Source of the DNA: Nemertoderma westbladi
Lineage: Eukaryota > Animalia > Xenacoelomorpha
Reading direction: 5' to 3'
Length of the DNA stretch: 64,000 bases
NCBI GenBank assembly: GCA_032718475.1
Contig: JAUCBJ010001772.1
Coordinates: 8,254 to 72,253, forward strand
The notes beneath the pieces were generated by a model that was not told the origin of the DNA, did no database searches, and saw only the letters and a list, made by a program, of their open reading frames with translations. Shown here piece by piece: positions 33,801-44,800 of this stretch; within the stretch, counting starts at the first letter, position 1; the number at the start of each line of letters is the position of its first letter. A program made the translations under genes and the position numbers.

Positions 33801-36800
33801 TACATTAAATAAATAATCGATATTTTTTATTCATATTATTAGAATTATTATAAGCCAACGTTTATCTTACTTCAATATTACAAATATTTGTGCAGCATCA
33901 CGCCTTTACTGCGATTAAGTAGATGTACTTAGGACTAAGTTAAGTTAAATACGAAATCTGGTTAATAATATAAATTAGATTTCGTTTTTCTACTAGTTTG
34001 CCAACCTTTAGCTTTTCGTCGTTATTCAATATCATCTGGGCGAGATGGGCGACCGCGCCCGCGTCCACCACGGTCTGGGCGAGTTCGGGCGAATGTTTCG
34101 CTATATCGCTCACGCTGCTCGCTGCGATCCTCTTCAACCCCAACTCCGGTTCCTGGATACACAACACTAACAGCGGCACGGCGCCGGCGTCCACTACAGC
34201 CTGGGCCAGTTCCGCGTTGTGTCTGGAAAGAAATACAAACTCAAATAAATTTTAACAAATATTGTATTGAAACGTAATTAAATTATAGTGGAGTTATTCA
34301 ATAACTATTTAATAATATCTGTTAATTAAGATTGCCTTTAAGATTGATTACTCCCAAAAATAAAACTGTAACCTGTTCTATTGACTTCAGTTTCTAGTTT
34401 TGGATAAAATAACGTGCCACTGTAACCTGCTCCCTTCCTTCCCTATTGGTATCTAACTTTGAGACGAGAAATGAATTCGCCGAGATGGGATTTGATTGGG
34501 GGTTGATGGTAACTTAGAAACACACTACTTACCTAGCGACGTAACCTAGTAACGGACAACTTACCTAGCACGTAACCTAGTTACAGACAACTTACCTAGC
34601 GACGTAACCTAGTTACAGACAACTTATCTAGCGACGTAACCTAGTTACAGACAACTTACCTAGCGACGTAACCTAGTAACAGACAACTTACCTAGCGACG
34701 TAACCTAGTAACAGACAACTTACCTAGCACGTAACCTAGTTACAGACAACTTACCTAGCGACGTAACCTAGTTACAGACAACTTACCTAGCGACGTAACC
34801 CAAAGCCCATGCGGCGGACTCCTTAACCGAAGGATCGAATTCTTCCAGACATATAACCAAGGCGTCCAGAGCCCCGCAGTCCACCACTGATTGGGCCAAC
34901 TCCGGACTGTGTCGCGCCACCGCGCGGAGAACAAACGCAGCCGCTTTCTTATAGAATCGCTATGAATCGAAAAAAATGAGTTACTAATAAAATAAAGCAG
35001 TACTTTATAGCACGGTAACGGGATATAAACAACAACTTTTTACAACAGTAATTATGATACTAAGTTGCGAAATTAATTAAATAAATAAAAGTTACAATAT
35101 AATACGTTAACAAAAAGTAAGTTAAGTTATATAATTACACCGATTTGCAATATTTAAATCCAAATATAATAGGTATAATAGTTAAAACAAATGACTTACA
35201 TTTTGTTCGGCCAACGAGTAAACTAATTGAGGTAAAATATCACCCTTGACTACAGCTTCGGCGAGATCGTCGTTGTGATTGGCTAGACGTCCCAATGCGA
35301 GGGCAGCCGTCTGCTGTATGGTTGGCACGATGTCCAATAGGAGAGGCCGAAGTAATGACATGACCCCGGCATTCTGTAGAGTTTCGATATTCTGGGGTCG
35401 GGTCGCCAATTCAGCGACCGTTTGTACGAATGTTGTCCGCGCTTTCTGGTATTCCTCAAACGCTGCGTGTTGGAAGGAATAGTATATATTGTGTTAGACC
35501 TAGGAATTTTAAATGTACTAAATAACTATTAGCATTGGATTAAAATTGAAAACAGATTAAATATAGAAAATTAGAAATTTGACTGAAACGAAAGAGAACG
35601 ATTTAAATGGAAGACAGAGAAAAGAGAATAGCTGGAATTACAGTCTTAGTACGAAATAAATCAATGCTAAATCTACCAAAACAACAACAACTGGTGAACT
35701 AAATAATTACCAATCGATTTAATGACACTAATGAGGTCTGTCAGTGTAGTTAATATGTAATAATTATTACCTTTAATTATTGGTCGATCTTTCTTTTTAA
35801 GTTCAAAATCCCCCCTTGGAACTTCCATCGTGTGAGAGGAAATTCCTGGGCTTGAGTTTTAGTAAAATGTTTGTAATTTTTGGATGGAATTGCAATTGAC
35901 TTTGTATACAAGTACCGTAATGGAATCGGACGCAAACAATATCTGTTAGTAGGTCAATTAGAATAACCTAAAATACAACACATAACATTTACGTTTATTA
36001 AAAAGAAATAGCAAATAAAATCATTAAAGCATTTTTAAACCAAATCATGCAGAAGTTAAATATAAAACTACCGTAGCAACAAACTAAACTATATTAAAGG
36101 CAAACAGTTAATATCGAAGATTTTAAGTAAAATATTTAAAGCGTCTTGGTAAATTACTCCTAAAATGTAGACTACAACGGTCGTAGATGTATAGACACGA
36201 CGTAGGCCCACTTCCGGCCATTGACGTTTTGCAAGCCAAAGGGCAGGAAGTCTCAACCCGCTGCTGCCGTAGTTAGGCAACCCCATGTGATAATTGTTGG
36301 AATAAACACACACAAATATAGTATATTAAGAACAAACGAAAATTGGAAAAAGTAATATTAGACAAAAAGACGGCAGAACAAGCTAACCAACTACAACAGT
36401 AATAACAGTCCTGATTCATAAATAGTTGGTCAAACTTAAATTGTTGCCACAAAAAAAAAGAGTAAAGTTTTCAACGGCGGTTAGGTCAGGGTTTACGCAC
36501 AAAGTCTGACAACTTATTTGCAGCGCGGTCCCCCCAGAACTATACTCCCGAGAGGAAACTTCCTTACTCATTTAGCTACTATTTAAGGATGCAAGGCGCC
36601 GCCCTGGCTAGTCCCTTTAAATCATTCCTGTCGAATCGACAACTGCCCTCACATAAGGAGATAGAACCCACGACCTCCGGAGAGATGTAAATTCAATGCA
36701 ACGGATTTAATCACTACGTTTAATCGGTATTTGCATGTAATTCATTGGTATTTCAATCAACTGTCTAAATATAAGAAAATTTATCAACTGGTGACATGGC

Positions 36801-37444
36801 GTCAATGAGCAAATAACCGCCAATTAAAAAACAAAATAAATGCCGCTATTTATTAAATTAAAATAAACAATTAATAAAGGCTATCAATAATTTATGTCAC
36901 CCACATTACCCCGTATTTATATGCAGTATCGAAATGTTGCAACTTGGGAACAAAGAATGTATATCTTGTATTTAGATAGGTAGTGGCAGCACAGACCGTC
37001 GAAACCAAGACAATAAACAACGATTTGATTTACTACTGTATTTTAAGAAATGAGCATTCAACAGTTTCAGAAGTTGGTTTAAATCTACCTACCCGCAAAT
37101 ATAGTTTAATACGGAGAAACGATAGCCGAATAAACACAGAAAAATAGTGTTAAATTCCGTTGTAAAACAAAAAAAAGTACCGGTAATATTATAATGTATA
37201 AAATGTTGATATAATAAATACAAAAATGTTAGCTATTTTACGGTCCCCCTAGCTATTATGATTGCTCGCTACTATGTTTTTGTTTTACAAAATTTATCAC
37301 ACTACATTACGTTTACCGATAACATTGCTACTGAGATGCAACCTGCAAGGAAAATGACAATAATGGCACAGTGATTATTCATACCGTTAGGGAATATCAT
37401 CAATCACAGCGGTACTTACACTGCAAAACTTGTCTGGAACTCAT
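15836..37444 (-). CDS. SPAG6: Sperm-associated antigen 6 (PF16, armadillo-repeat axonemal central-pair protein), 9 coding exons, 510 aa
   Basis: complement(join(15836..15908,26378..26523,26690..26812,27581..27766,32929..33255,34006..34222,34787..34959,35200..35462,37420..37444)); all introns GT-AG and phase-consistent, total 1533 nt. MSSRQVLQSFEEYQKART...ATRPQNIETLQNAGVMSLLRPLLLD...RFYKKAAAFVLRAV...VLPHDPKARRLFVTSGGLKKVQEI...NCYPEEIVKYYTPGYSDELLDRV. Confidence 0.97.
15902..16150 (-). repeat. Degenerate ~20-25-bp repeat copying the 3' splice-site region of the last SPAG6 intron
   Basis: The authentic junction on the + strand is GTAGTACCTAATTAATAAATAAA. About 8 copies read (G)TAGTACCAAAATAAATAAAT or TTACCAAAATAAATAAAT. 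Confidence 0.6.
16261..26423 (-). repeat. 60-bp minisatellite (~170 copies) = last 44 nt of SPAG6 exon 8 plus first 16 nt of intron 8
   Basis: Sense unit T(G/A)CATCACTG(C/A)TATAAATAACTGCTACCC(A/G)GAGGAGATAGTCAA|GTGAGTAGAGTTGTAG. The first copy encodes YITAINNCYPEEIVK. Confidence 0.97.
27830..32942 (-). repeat. 20-bp minisatellite (~255 copies) = end of SPAG6 exon 5 plus 5' splice site
   Basis: Sense unit TATTGTATCTAAG|GTAAGTT; the authentic junction is GTTATTGTATCTAAA|GTAAGTTT (VIVSK). Confidence 0.97.
34527..34800 (-). repeat. 32-bp tandem repeat (~8.6 copies) = end of SPAG6 exon 3 plus 5' splice site
   Basis: Sense unit GGTTACGTCGCTAG|GTAAGTTGTCTGT(A/T)ACTA. The first copy encodes GYVAR. 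Confidence 0.95.
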
Positions 37445-37656
37445 TCTGTTTTCACTGCGTGGTAGGAGAATCCAGTGTTATCTTATAGCAGCAATGAGTA
37501 AAAAGTATTTGATACAGTAACTTATAAGCAGGGAACCGAAATCACCTCAGACCAAAACAAATTCGTGATATGCAAAGGCAAACACAGATACCGGTAGCTA
37601 CAATACTAATTACAGAAAGCTGATTGTTAGAAAATTAATAATGTTGTTTGTATTTA

Positions 37657-37703
37657 GTTGCTAGGTAGCACCCTTTTTAAATCTCCCGCGAGATACTCAT
37701 TGG
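37657..37703 (-). promoter_or_regulatory. Candidate SPAG6 promoter: RFX X-box-like site plus CCAAT box
   Basis: GTTGCTAGGTAGC at 37657-37669 and ATTGG at ~37699-37703, about 210-260 bp upstream of the ATG. Ciliary genes are known RFX targets. Confidence 0.5.
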
Positions 37704-38812
37704 TCAAACATAGTATCAGGTATTCACGACATCCATGATGTTCCAATAAGTAAAGCCCTGCACCCCAGTCATGTCAGGCACCCAAATACCTGAAAGTCAA
37801 CTATCTGAGGTGCCTCCGGCTGTCCTTGTCTTACATCACAGCATCACTAGGCCTCAGTTAGGCAAAACAGCAATATTGTACATTCATAAAGCAATATAAA
37901 ACCAGTCAATTGGCAATTAATAAGAAATAATAATGCTTTTGAAGTACTGCGTTACGAACTGTTATAAAATTAGAAAAGAAACACTTTGTAGAGCCACATT
38001 GCAGTATTGATTCCCCAAGCTGCTACGGGTTACAGTTTATAAACTCCGAACACATTGGCTTTATTATATACACTGCGGTGGCGGTGTGCAGTAGAATAAA
38101 CGTTGACCCGAAAATTTCGCAAAGGTTCACGATTACGGCAAAGAACGGTCAAGGCAATCACCGAATGTATCCGATACCGACTCCTCCACCACAACCTCGG
38201 GGATCCGAGGGACTAAATCAAATCGGACAATGGAAATTGGTTGTCGATGGCAGAATGACCGACATTTAACGTACATCCAGTCGTCGGACTTTATCGAAGG
38301 GGGGCGGTTGGTCTTTTAGAGATCTTTTAGATCCTTTAGAGATGACAAATATCCAAGCCCGATACGAAATGTGTGGGGTACATTTTAAAGCACATGGGCA
38401 CTGGGATAATGTGAACCCTAACTGTTCTAATTTTGATAAAATTCAAACCACTATCTCTGGACTGGACTGAGCTATTGAGATGCAGTTTTTCCTATGGTGG
38501 TTCTCCATTGTTTTATAAATACAATGAGAGTGAATTTGAGCACCGGTGCCCAAAGGCATTCCCACAAAATGTAATTAACAAAAAGTAAATTGTTGAGCAC
38601 CGGTGCACAATCCGCAGTAACAAGCGGTACTGCAACATATTTATAATATTTAATAAATTCTATTTGGCTATAAATTATTATTAATAAGAATATTAATCAC
38701 ACGATTACTGTATGTGCGACCATCAAAGTTACCGTTAGATAAAGTTAGAAAGTTCGATCGATTCGTTACCAATTAAAGTTGAAATTATAAATAATGCAAT
38801 ATAAATAAATAA

Positions 38813-41800
38813 CTATGAATTGTTAGACCTTTTAGTGTCTCTATAACTGAATACCCTGAGTGTTCCAGACCGATACTCGGTGACTGCAGCGCAATCTCTC
38901 GGAGTCAAACACATTCCTTGGGGCCAATGGAAACCCGAGATGGACCGCAGATGGGTCACCGGCGTGGAAACCAGGACGCCATCTAGCGGCGCGTCGCGTT
39001 TATAGATATGAACTTTATCGCCGCACATTTCGGACACGAGGACGTACCAGTTGGGATCGGCGACGGCGGAGTACGGGATGTAGACGACGGGTTCCCCGGA
39101 AGAGAACGAGTTGTAAACCGAATCGAAGAAGAATAAAAACTCACCCGAGTCGCTGAACACTTGAACGCGTTTGAACCCGGGGTCCGCTATTATTATCTCG
39201 TTTTCGGGGCCGAGTTTTAAACTTCGAAAATTCCCGAATTTACCGAGTTCTGGACCGAATCCTCCGAAACGCGAGATCTGTTTCCCGCGGATGTCGAAGA
39301 CGAAAACGGTGTTGGTGGTCCAGTAGCCGACGACTATGCGGCCCGTGGTGGTGCAGACTACACTCCCGGGACCGCGGATTGTATCCCCGTCGGACTGCGG
39401 GACCAGCGCCTTAGTAACGCGACCGTTTCTACGGACGCGGACAACGTTGGCGACCCCCGAACGGACGACTACGAACTGCTGGTTGTCGCGAGTGGCCGCC
39501 ACCGACGTCACCGCTCTTCCGGCGTCGTCGTCCGACGGGAGTACCTCGTGGAGTTTCTCGCCGGTTTCTCCGTAGACCGTCGCTCTGTCGGATTCCTCGC
39601 GACAGACAATCATATTACCGGAGGAATCGACAGCGACATCTAGCGGATGGCTGCGTATTCCTTCTGGTAGTTGGACTACCATGACTGTACGTTGGGGGGC
39701 GGTTAGGGAGCTCCTCCCGGCGCTTACTGAGGATGAGTCACGCCGGGAGGAGGAGGGGCGTCGTGGGGTTGCTATGGTATCGGGAATGCGGTTGGGGGGC
39801 GGCTGAGGAGTTAGTCTCAGAGTTGGTGCGTCTTCATTTGGATCCTAAAACATAATAATTTATAATTTACTTCACGTATCATCAGCTCCCGTCCCCCGGC
39901 CGCATATTACTGTACCAATTGGGGTGTCGTTTCAGCATATTTTTTACATATTAACTTAATTTTGCGAATATTTAATCTCGATATTTATTACCATTAAATA
40001 TACCATTTAAAGACCTTTTAAAGGAAAGTAGCAGGTCATAATGGCAGGCTTTTCTAACCAAAATAATAAACTAAATTTAGGAACACAGTTTACAGTAAAA
40101 TGTCTACTTCTAAGAAATAATTTTTCAATATTAATTTAACATTACCCCTATGGGAAGGCTGAAACGACATTCCAATTGGAAATTTACCCTCCGGCGATTG
40201 TGAGGTATACCAGACTTTGTATTTTATTTTCACTTTGCCCCCAATGTGAAGAATATCAGGTTTTACTAAAAACCAAGGTTACAGAAGAGCTGAATTTAAC
40301 CAAAACAATAAACGAGTTAGTATTTCTACAGATAATAAAAAAGAAACGAGCGATATAAAACACTTTTAAATAAGGAGAAATTAATAAAAATATAAATTGT
40401 TCATTGGGTAGACGAAAAATAGCACCTAAAGCCGGTGCCTCTCTGATACATCACGTGGGAACGTGATTATATAATAATAATAATAACCAGTTATTATTAG
40501 AGCGCCCTAAGTCCATGAAGTCGGGTTGGAAGGCGTTAGGAGAGGGGGAATACAGCTGAATAGTCCTGTTCCTGTTGAATAGTTCTGTTTTAGACCACGC
40601 CGGGAGGTATTGAGATCTGTAGCAGTTCTAAGGGATAGCGGTAAGCTACTAAAAACGACAGGTGCTGAGTAAGAGAATGAGCGAGCGCCAAAGGATAGTA
40701 GGTAGTAACGGGGATTCTTTAAAGTCCATAGAAAAGTGTCACGGGTGGGATTGTTATTTGGTAAGTCGTGAAGGCATTCAGGTGCATATCCATTTAAAAC
40801 CTTCCAGGCTTTAGGCTAGAAATGCAAATATTGTATTCTATGCGAAAGTAGATTGGCAGCCAGTGCAATGCATTCAGAGCGTCTGTAATATTGGCTCGAC
40901 TTGGCGGTTAATAAATGAGACGAGCACATGAGTTTAGAACCATTTGTAGGCGGTTGATTTCATTTCCGTACAATAAAGAGTTATTTAGATCGAGTCTAGA
41001 TATAATTAACGAATTAACTAAACGGATTGTGTTGCTTGAGTTAGATGGTGTCTGATGTTTCTACGATAGTTTACCGAGGAAACAATCTTAGAAATATGTG
41101 TACGTAGGCGAACCTCAATATTATGAAAAATAACACGGAGAGTTTTTAATGAGGATTTGGCTAAAATTTGTTTTCCTCCAATCGTAACCGAGAAGTGAGA
41201 ATATAAATTCTAGAACTCCTGTCCCCTACCAATTAACAAAATGTCGGGCCTATTGTCATTTGCATTATCATTAAAGGCTATCGAGTTCAAGTTTAATTAA
41301 TTGTATTAATGCAGGTTTGGATGACGATCTAAGAGCGGACACATCTAACTCAGTTGAAGCTGAAGCTCAATGATTCTAAAACGGACATTTTATTAATTGG
41401 TAGAGGAGATCAGTTTACAGAGTTTGCATCTAGTTTTTCAGTTAATCTCGGGGGAAAAGTAATCCACGCAGACACGTCTATCAAAACACTCGGAGTGACA
41501 CTTGATAGCGATCTCAGAATGAATACTCATGTTAACAACATAATTCGCATACTTAATAAATTATCACCTGAGGAACATAAGGCGCATTCGTAAACACCTT
41601 TCCACTGTAAACTCAAAGAAATTAGTAAACGCCCTTATAGCCTCACGTCTAGATGCGAACAACTGTTTATTATATGGTATTACTGAGGATAAACTTGATA
41701 GGCTTCAAGTGGTTCAAAATGCTTGCGCCAGGCTAATCTTTAACCTGCTCAAGTCTGCTCACATCACCGATATTACCTCAAGCTATTACATTGGCTCCCT

Positions 41801-44800
41801 GTGAGATCGCGGATCCAGTTATTTTTAACAGACTACCATTGGAACTAAGAACTTGCACTGACCTTAAGAAGTTCAAATCTGATCTGAAAACCGAACTATT
41901 CACCCGTCATTACCAATAACTACTTAGGAATTATGTACCGCTGTGCATACTTTCAAAGCGCCTTTGAACCTTCTTGGTAAAGGCGCTATATAAATATATG
42001 TTTTATTATTATATAATATTATATATAATATTAATATTATATAATAATAAAACATATATTTATATAGCGCCTTTACCAAGAAAGTTCAAAGGCGCTTTGA
42101 AAGTATGCACAGCGGTACAAATTCCTAAGTAGTTATTGGTAATGACGGGTGAATAGTTCGGTTTTCAGATCAGATTTGAACTTCTTAAGGTCAGTGCAAG
42201 TTCTTAGTTCCAATGGTAGTCTGTTAAAAATAACTGGATTAAAAAAATAACGGGATAAAAAATCTAGGGATTCAAAGAACAAAACGTGTTGGTTGTCTAA
42301 TAGCGTACGAGTATGGTAGCTGATTTGCAATACGTCGCAAGCAGCAAGCAATACAGCAGCATATCGTATGCTGCTGTATTTGCTATGTTTATACACAACA
42401 TCCTTAAAACGTCTGTAAATATAATCTTTGTCACTATTTTGATTATTCTTGGTGCCGAAAAACAAATATTCCCAACCTTTAAAGTCCAATTAAACTAAAC
42501 TTGGCACATATTTCAGGAAAAATGGCATAAGTTTTCAAAAATCCCGCATTTTCAATTTCATAGGGTTGAGCTTGAGCACGCAGTGGCAGCATGTGATGGT
42601 ATTGACGGATGGGAGGCGGAAAATTGGGGATATACAAGGTATCAGGTAGTATGGTAATGGTTAGAGCGTCATACTTCCGTCCCGGAGGTCGCCAGTTCGA
42701 TCCCACCTGGACGTCATTGACGACTTTGCAAAGCTGTGCCCAACAAAAGTTATAATAAAATATCAGGTATTCAAGGATACCACTATGATACTTATTTTAT
42801 GTAAATTTAATAATCTTGGTAAAATCTTGGCCGACTACAGTCGGGGAGGTATAGACATTCCTCCACACAGTTTTGTAATATTACCTTGGGGGTGTATTAC
42901 TTATGAACAGTATGTAACGCCCTTGTCAGCTTGTGTAAAACTGAATATTATTTAAAGCAAAATGTTGTTCAATTTTTATCAAACATACCGGTATTATTAA
43001 ATAATTGGTAAAATAATAATTAAATACTGTTTCAATTAACTTCTCACCGATAATCATGCGTTATATAATATTTGATAATTCAGCAATCAGCCCACAATAA
43101 TTTCGCAGGCTAAGTCCTTGTCATGGCCTGTTATTTAGATGGTCTTGGCAGTTACCTATAAAGCACGCTATACCCTCCAAACCTTTCTTTACTCCCCTCC
43201 CCTTCTTACTGTTCTATAAAACACAATCGGATACAGTCGTAAATAATAACAATTATATCCCACTGAGTATTAAACAGAATTTATGTGACTCACGGCTGCA
43301 CCACCAGTTGGCACTGTCGAGGGATACAACCGGTGGCCCGGGCGATGGAACGGCATTCGTTCCATAGTCTGTATATACTTGTCGCTTAGCGACAGACCCT
43401 CGTTCATACCGGTGGAGCCGGCGCGTTGTCTCGCCCCTCTGTGCACCGGTGGTGCGGGTTGGTGGGACAACAACCCCCGCGGGTTGTTGTATTTCCTATC
43501 GTAATCGGATTTGCTGACGTAAACTATACCTTTTTTAGTTGCGATTCCAAACCTGCGGAAATAACATTTTAGAATTAAATAAATAAACTGGATTTTGTTG
43601 ATATTATTTTTTTTTACTTTTTATTATTTTTTTCACTTTTTATTATTTTTTTTGACTTTTCATTATTTTTTTTTACTTTTTATTGTTTTACTTTTTATAA
43701 TTTTTGTACTTTTTATCATTTTTTTTTACTTTTTTTTATGATTTTTTTTTTAACTTTTTTATGATTTTTTTTTTACTTTTTATTATTTTTTTCACTTTTT
43801 ATGATTTTTTTTTCACTTTTTATTATTTTTTTTACTTTTTATTATTTTTTTACTTTTTATTATTTTTTTTTCCTTTTTTTTGCTAATTATTATTTTTTGT
43901 ACTTTTCATTTTTTTATTTTATTATTATTTTTTTACTGGTATTTAATTTTAATTGATAATATGATGCCTATAGAGCGTATCTATTGGCTAACACTGCGTA
44001 TCTAACCCAGAATCACTCTACCCACCTTGTGGACCCATGTAACACTATCACTGGTTTCTCTTTCCGTTTGATATCAACGCTTTTAATCGGGTCAGAAGGT
44101 TTCCTGTAAACCGTAAAGACACGTCGCCTTGACAACGCCTCCTCGTTACCCTGGGTTAACGAGCGTTCCTTACGTTCCGTTAACGAGCGTTCCTTCTCCG
44201 CTAAGGAACGTCGTTCCCTCTCTATCAACGAGCGTTCCTCAGCATCAGTTAACGAGCGTTTAGCTCTGGGATGAGCGACAACGGTTGTCACTTTCAATGT
44301 CGATAGGCGTTGTTCAATATCAACATCATCGTGGCTGCGATTAGTAAAGATATAAACGAACTATTAATTTACATCGTACCTTAACATACTGTAGTAAGGT
44401 AAAGGTACTTGTTACCTTGCTTTCGTCACAAGGATTCTAATATGTAACTTAATGCCGGAGTACCCCCCCCCCCCACCCCCCCTGAACACTTTTTTTAAAG
44501 GTCTACAATTTCTACTGAACTTCAAATTTCCAGTCGCCCTCTAGCGGCAATGAATGATTCGCGGTTAAAATGCTACTAGTCATTCAATTTTATGTGAAAT
44601 TGTCTGAAACCAATTTTTTCGAATTACGGATGTACTCCACAAAAGTTATCGGTTAAAATTTTTTGTTTTGCCTTTTAATTAATTAATATTTATTAATTAA
44701 TTAAAAAAAAATTAATTAATAAATTTTTGGCTTTAATCTGAAAAATTCGCTGTAAAAACATAAATATAAACATTTCAACAGGTAACTTTTAAAGACCATC

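Noticed and set aside
38977-38992. Third CTCF-like motif (ACGCCATCTAGCGGCG)
   Set aside because: It lies within NHL coding sequence and is plausibly a chance match.
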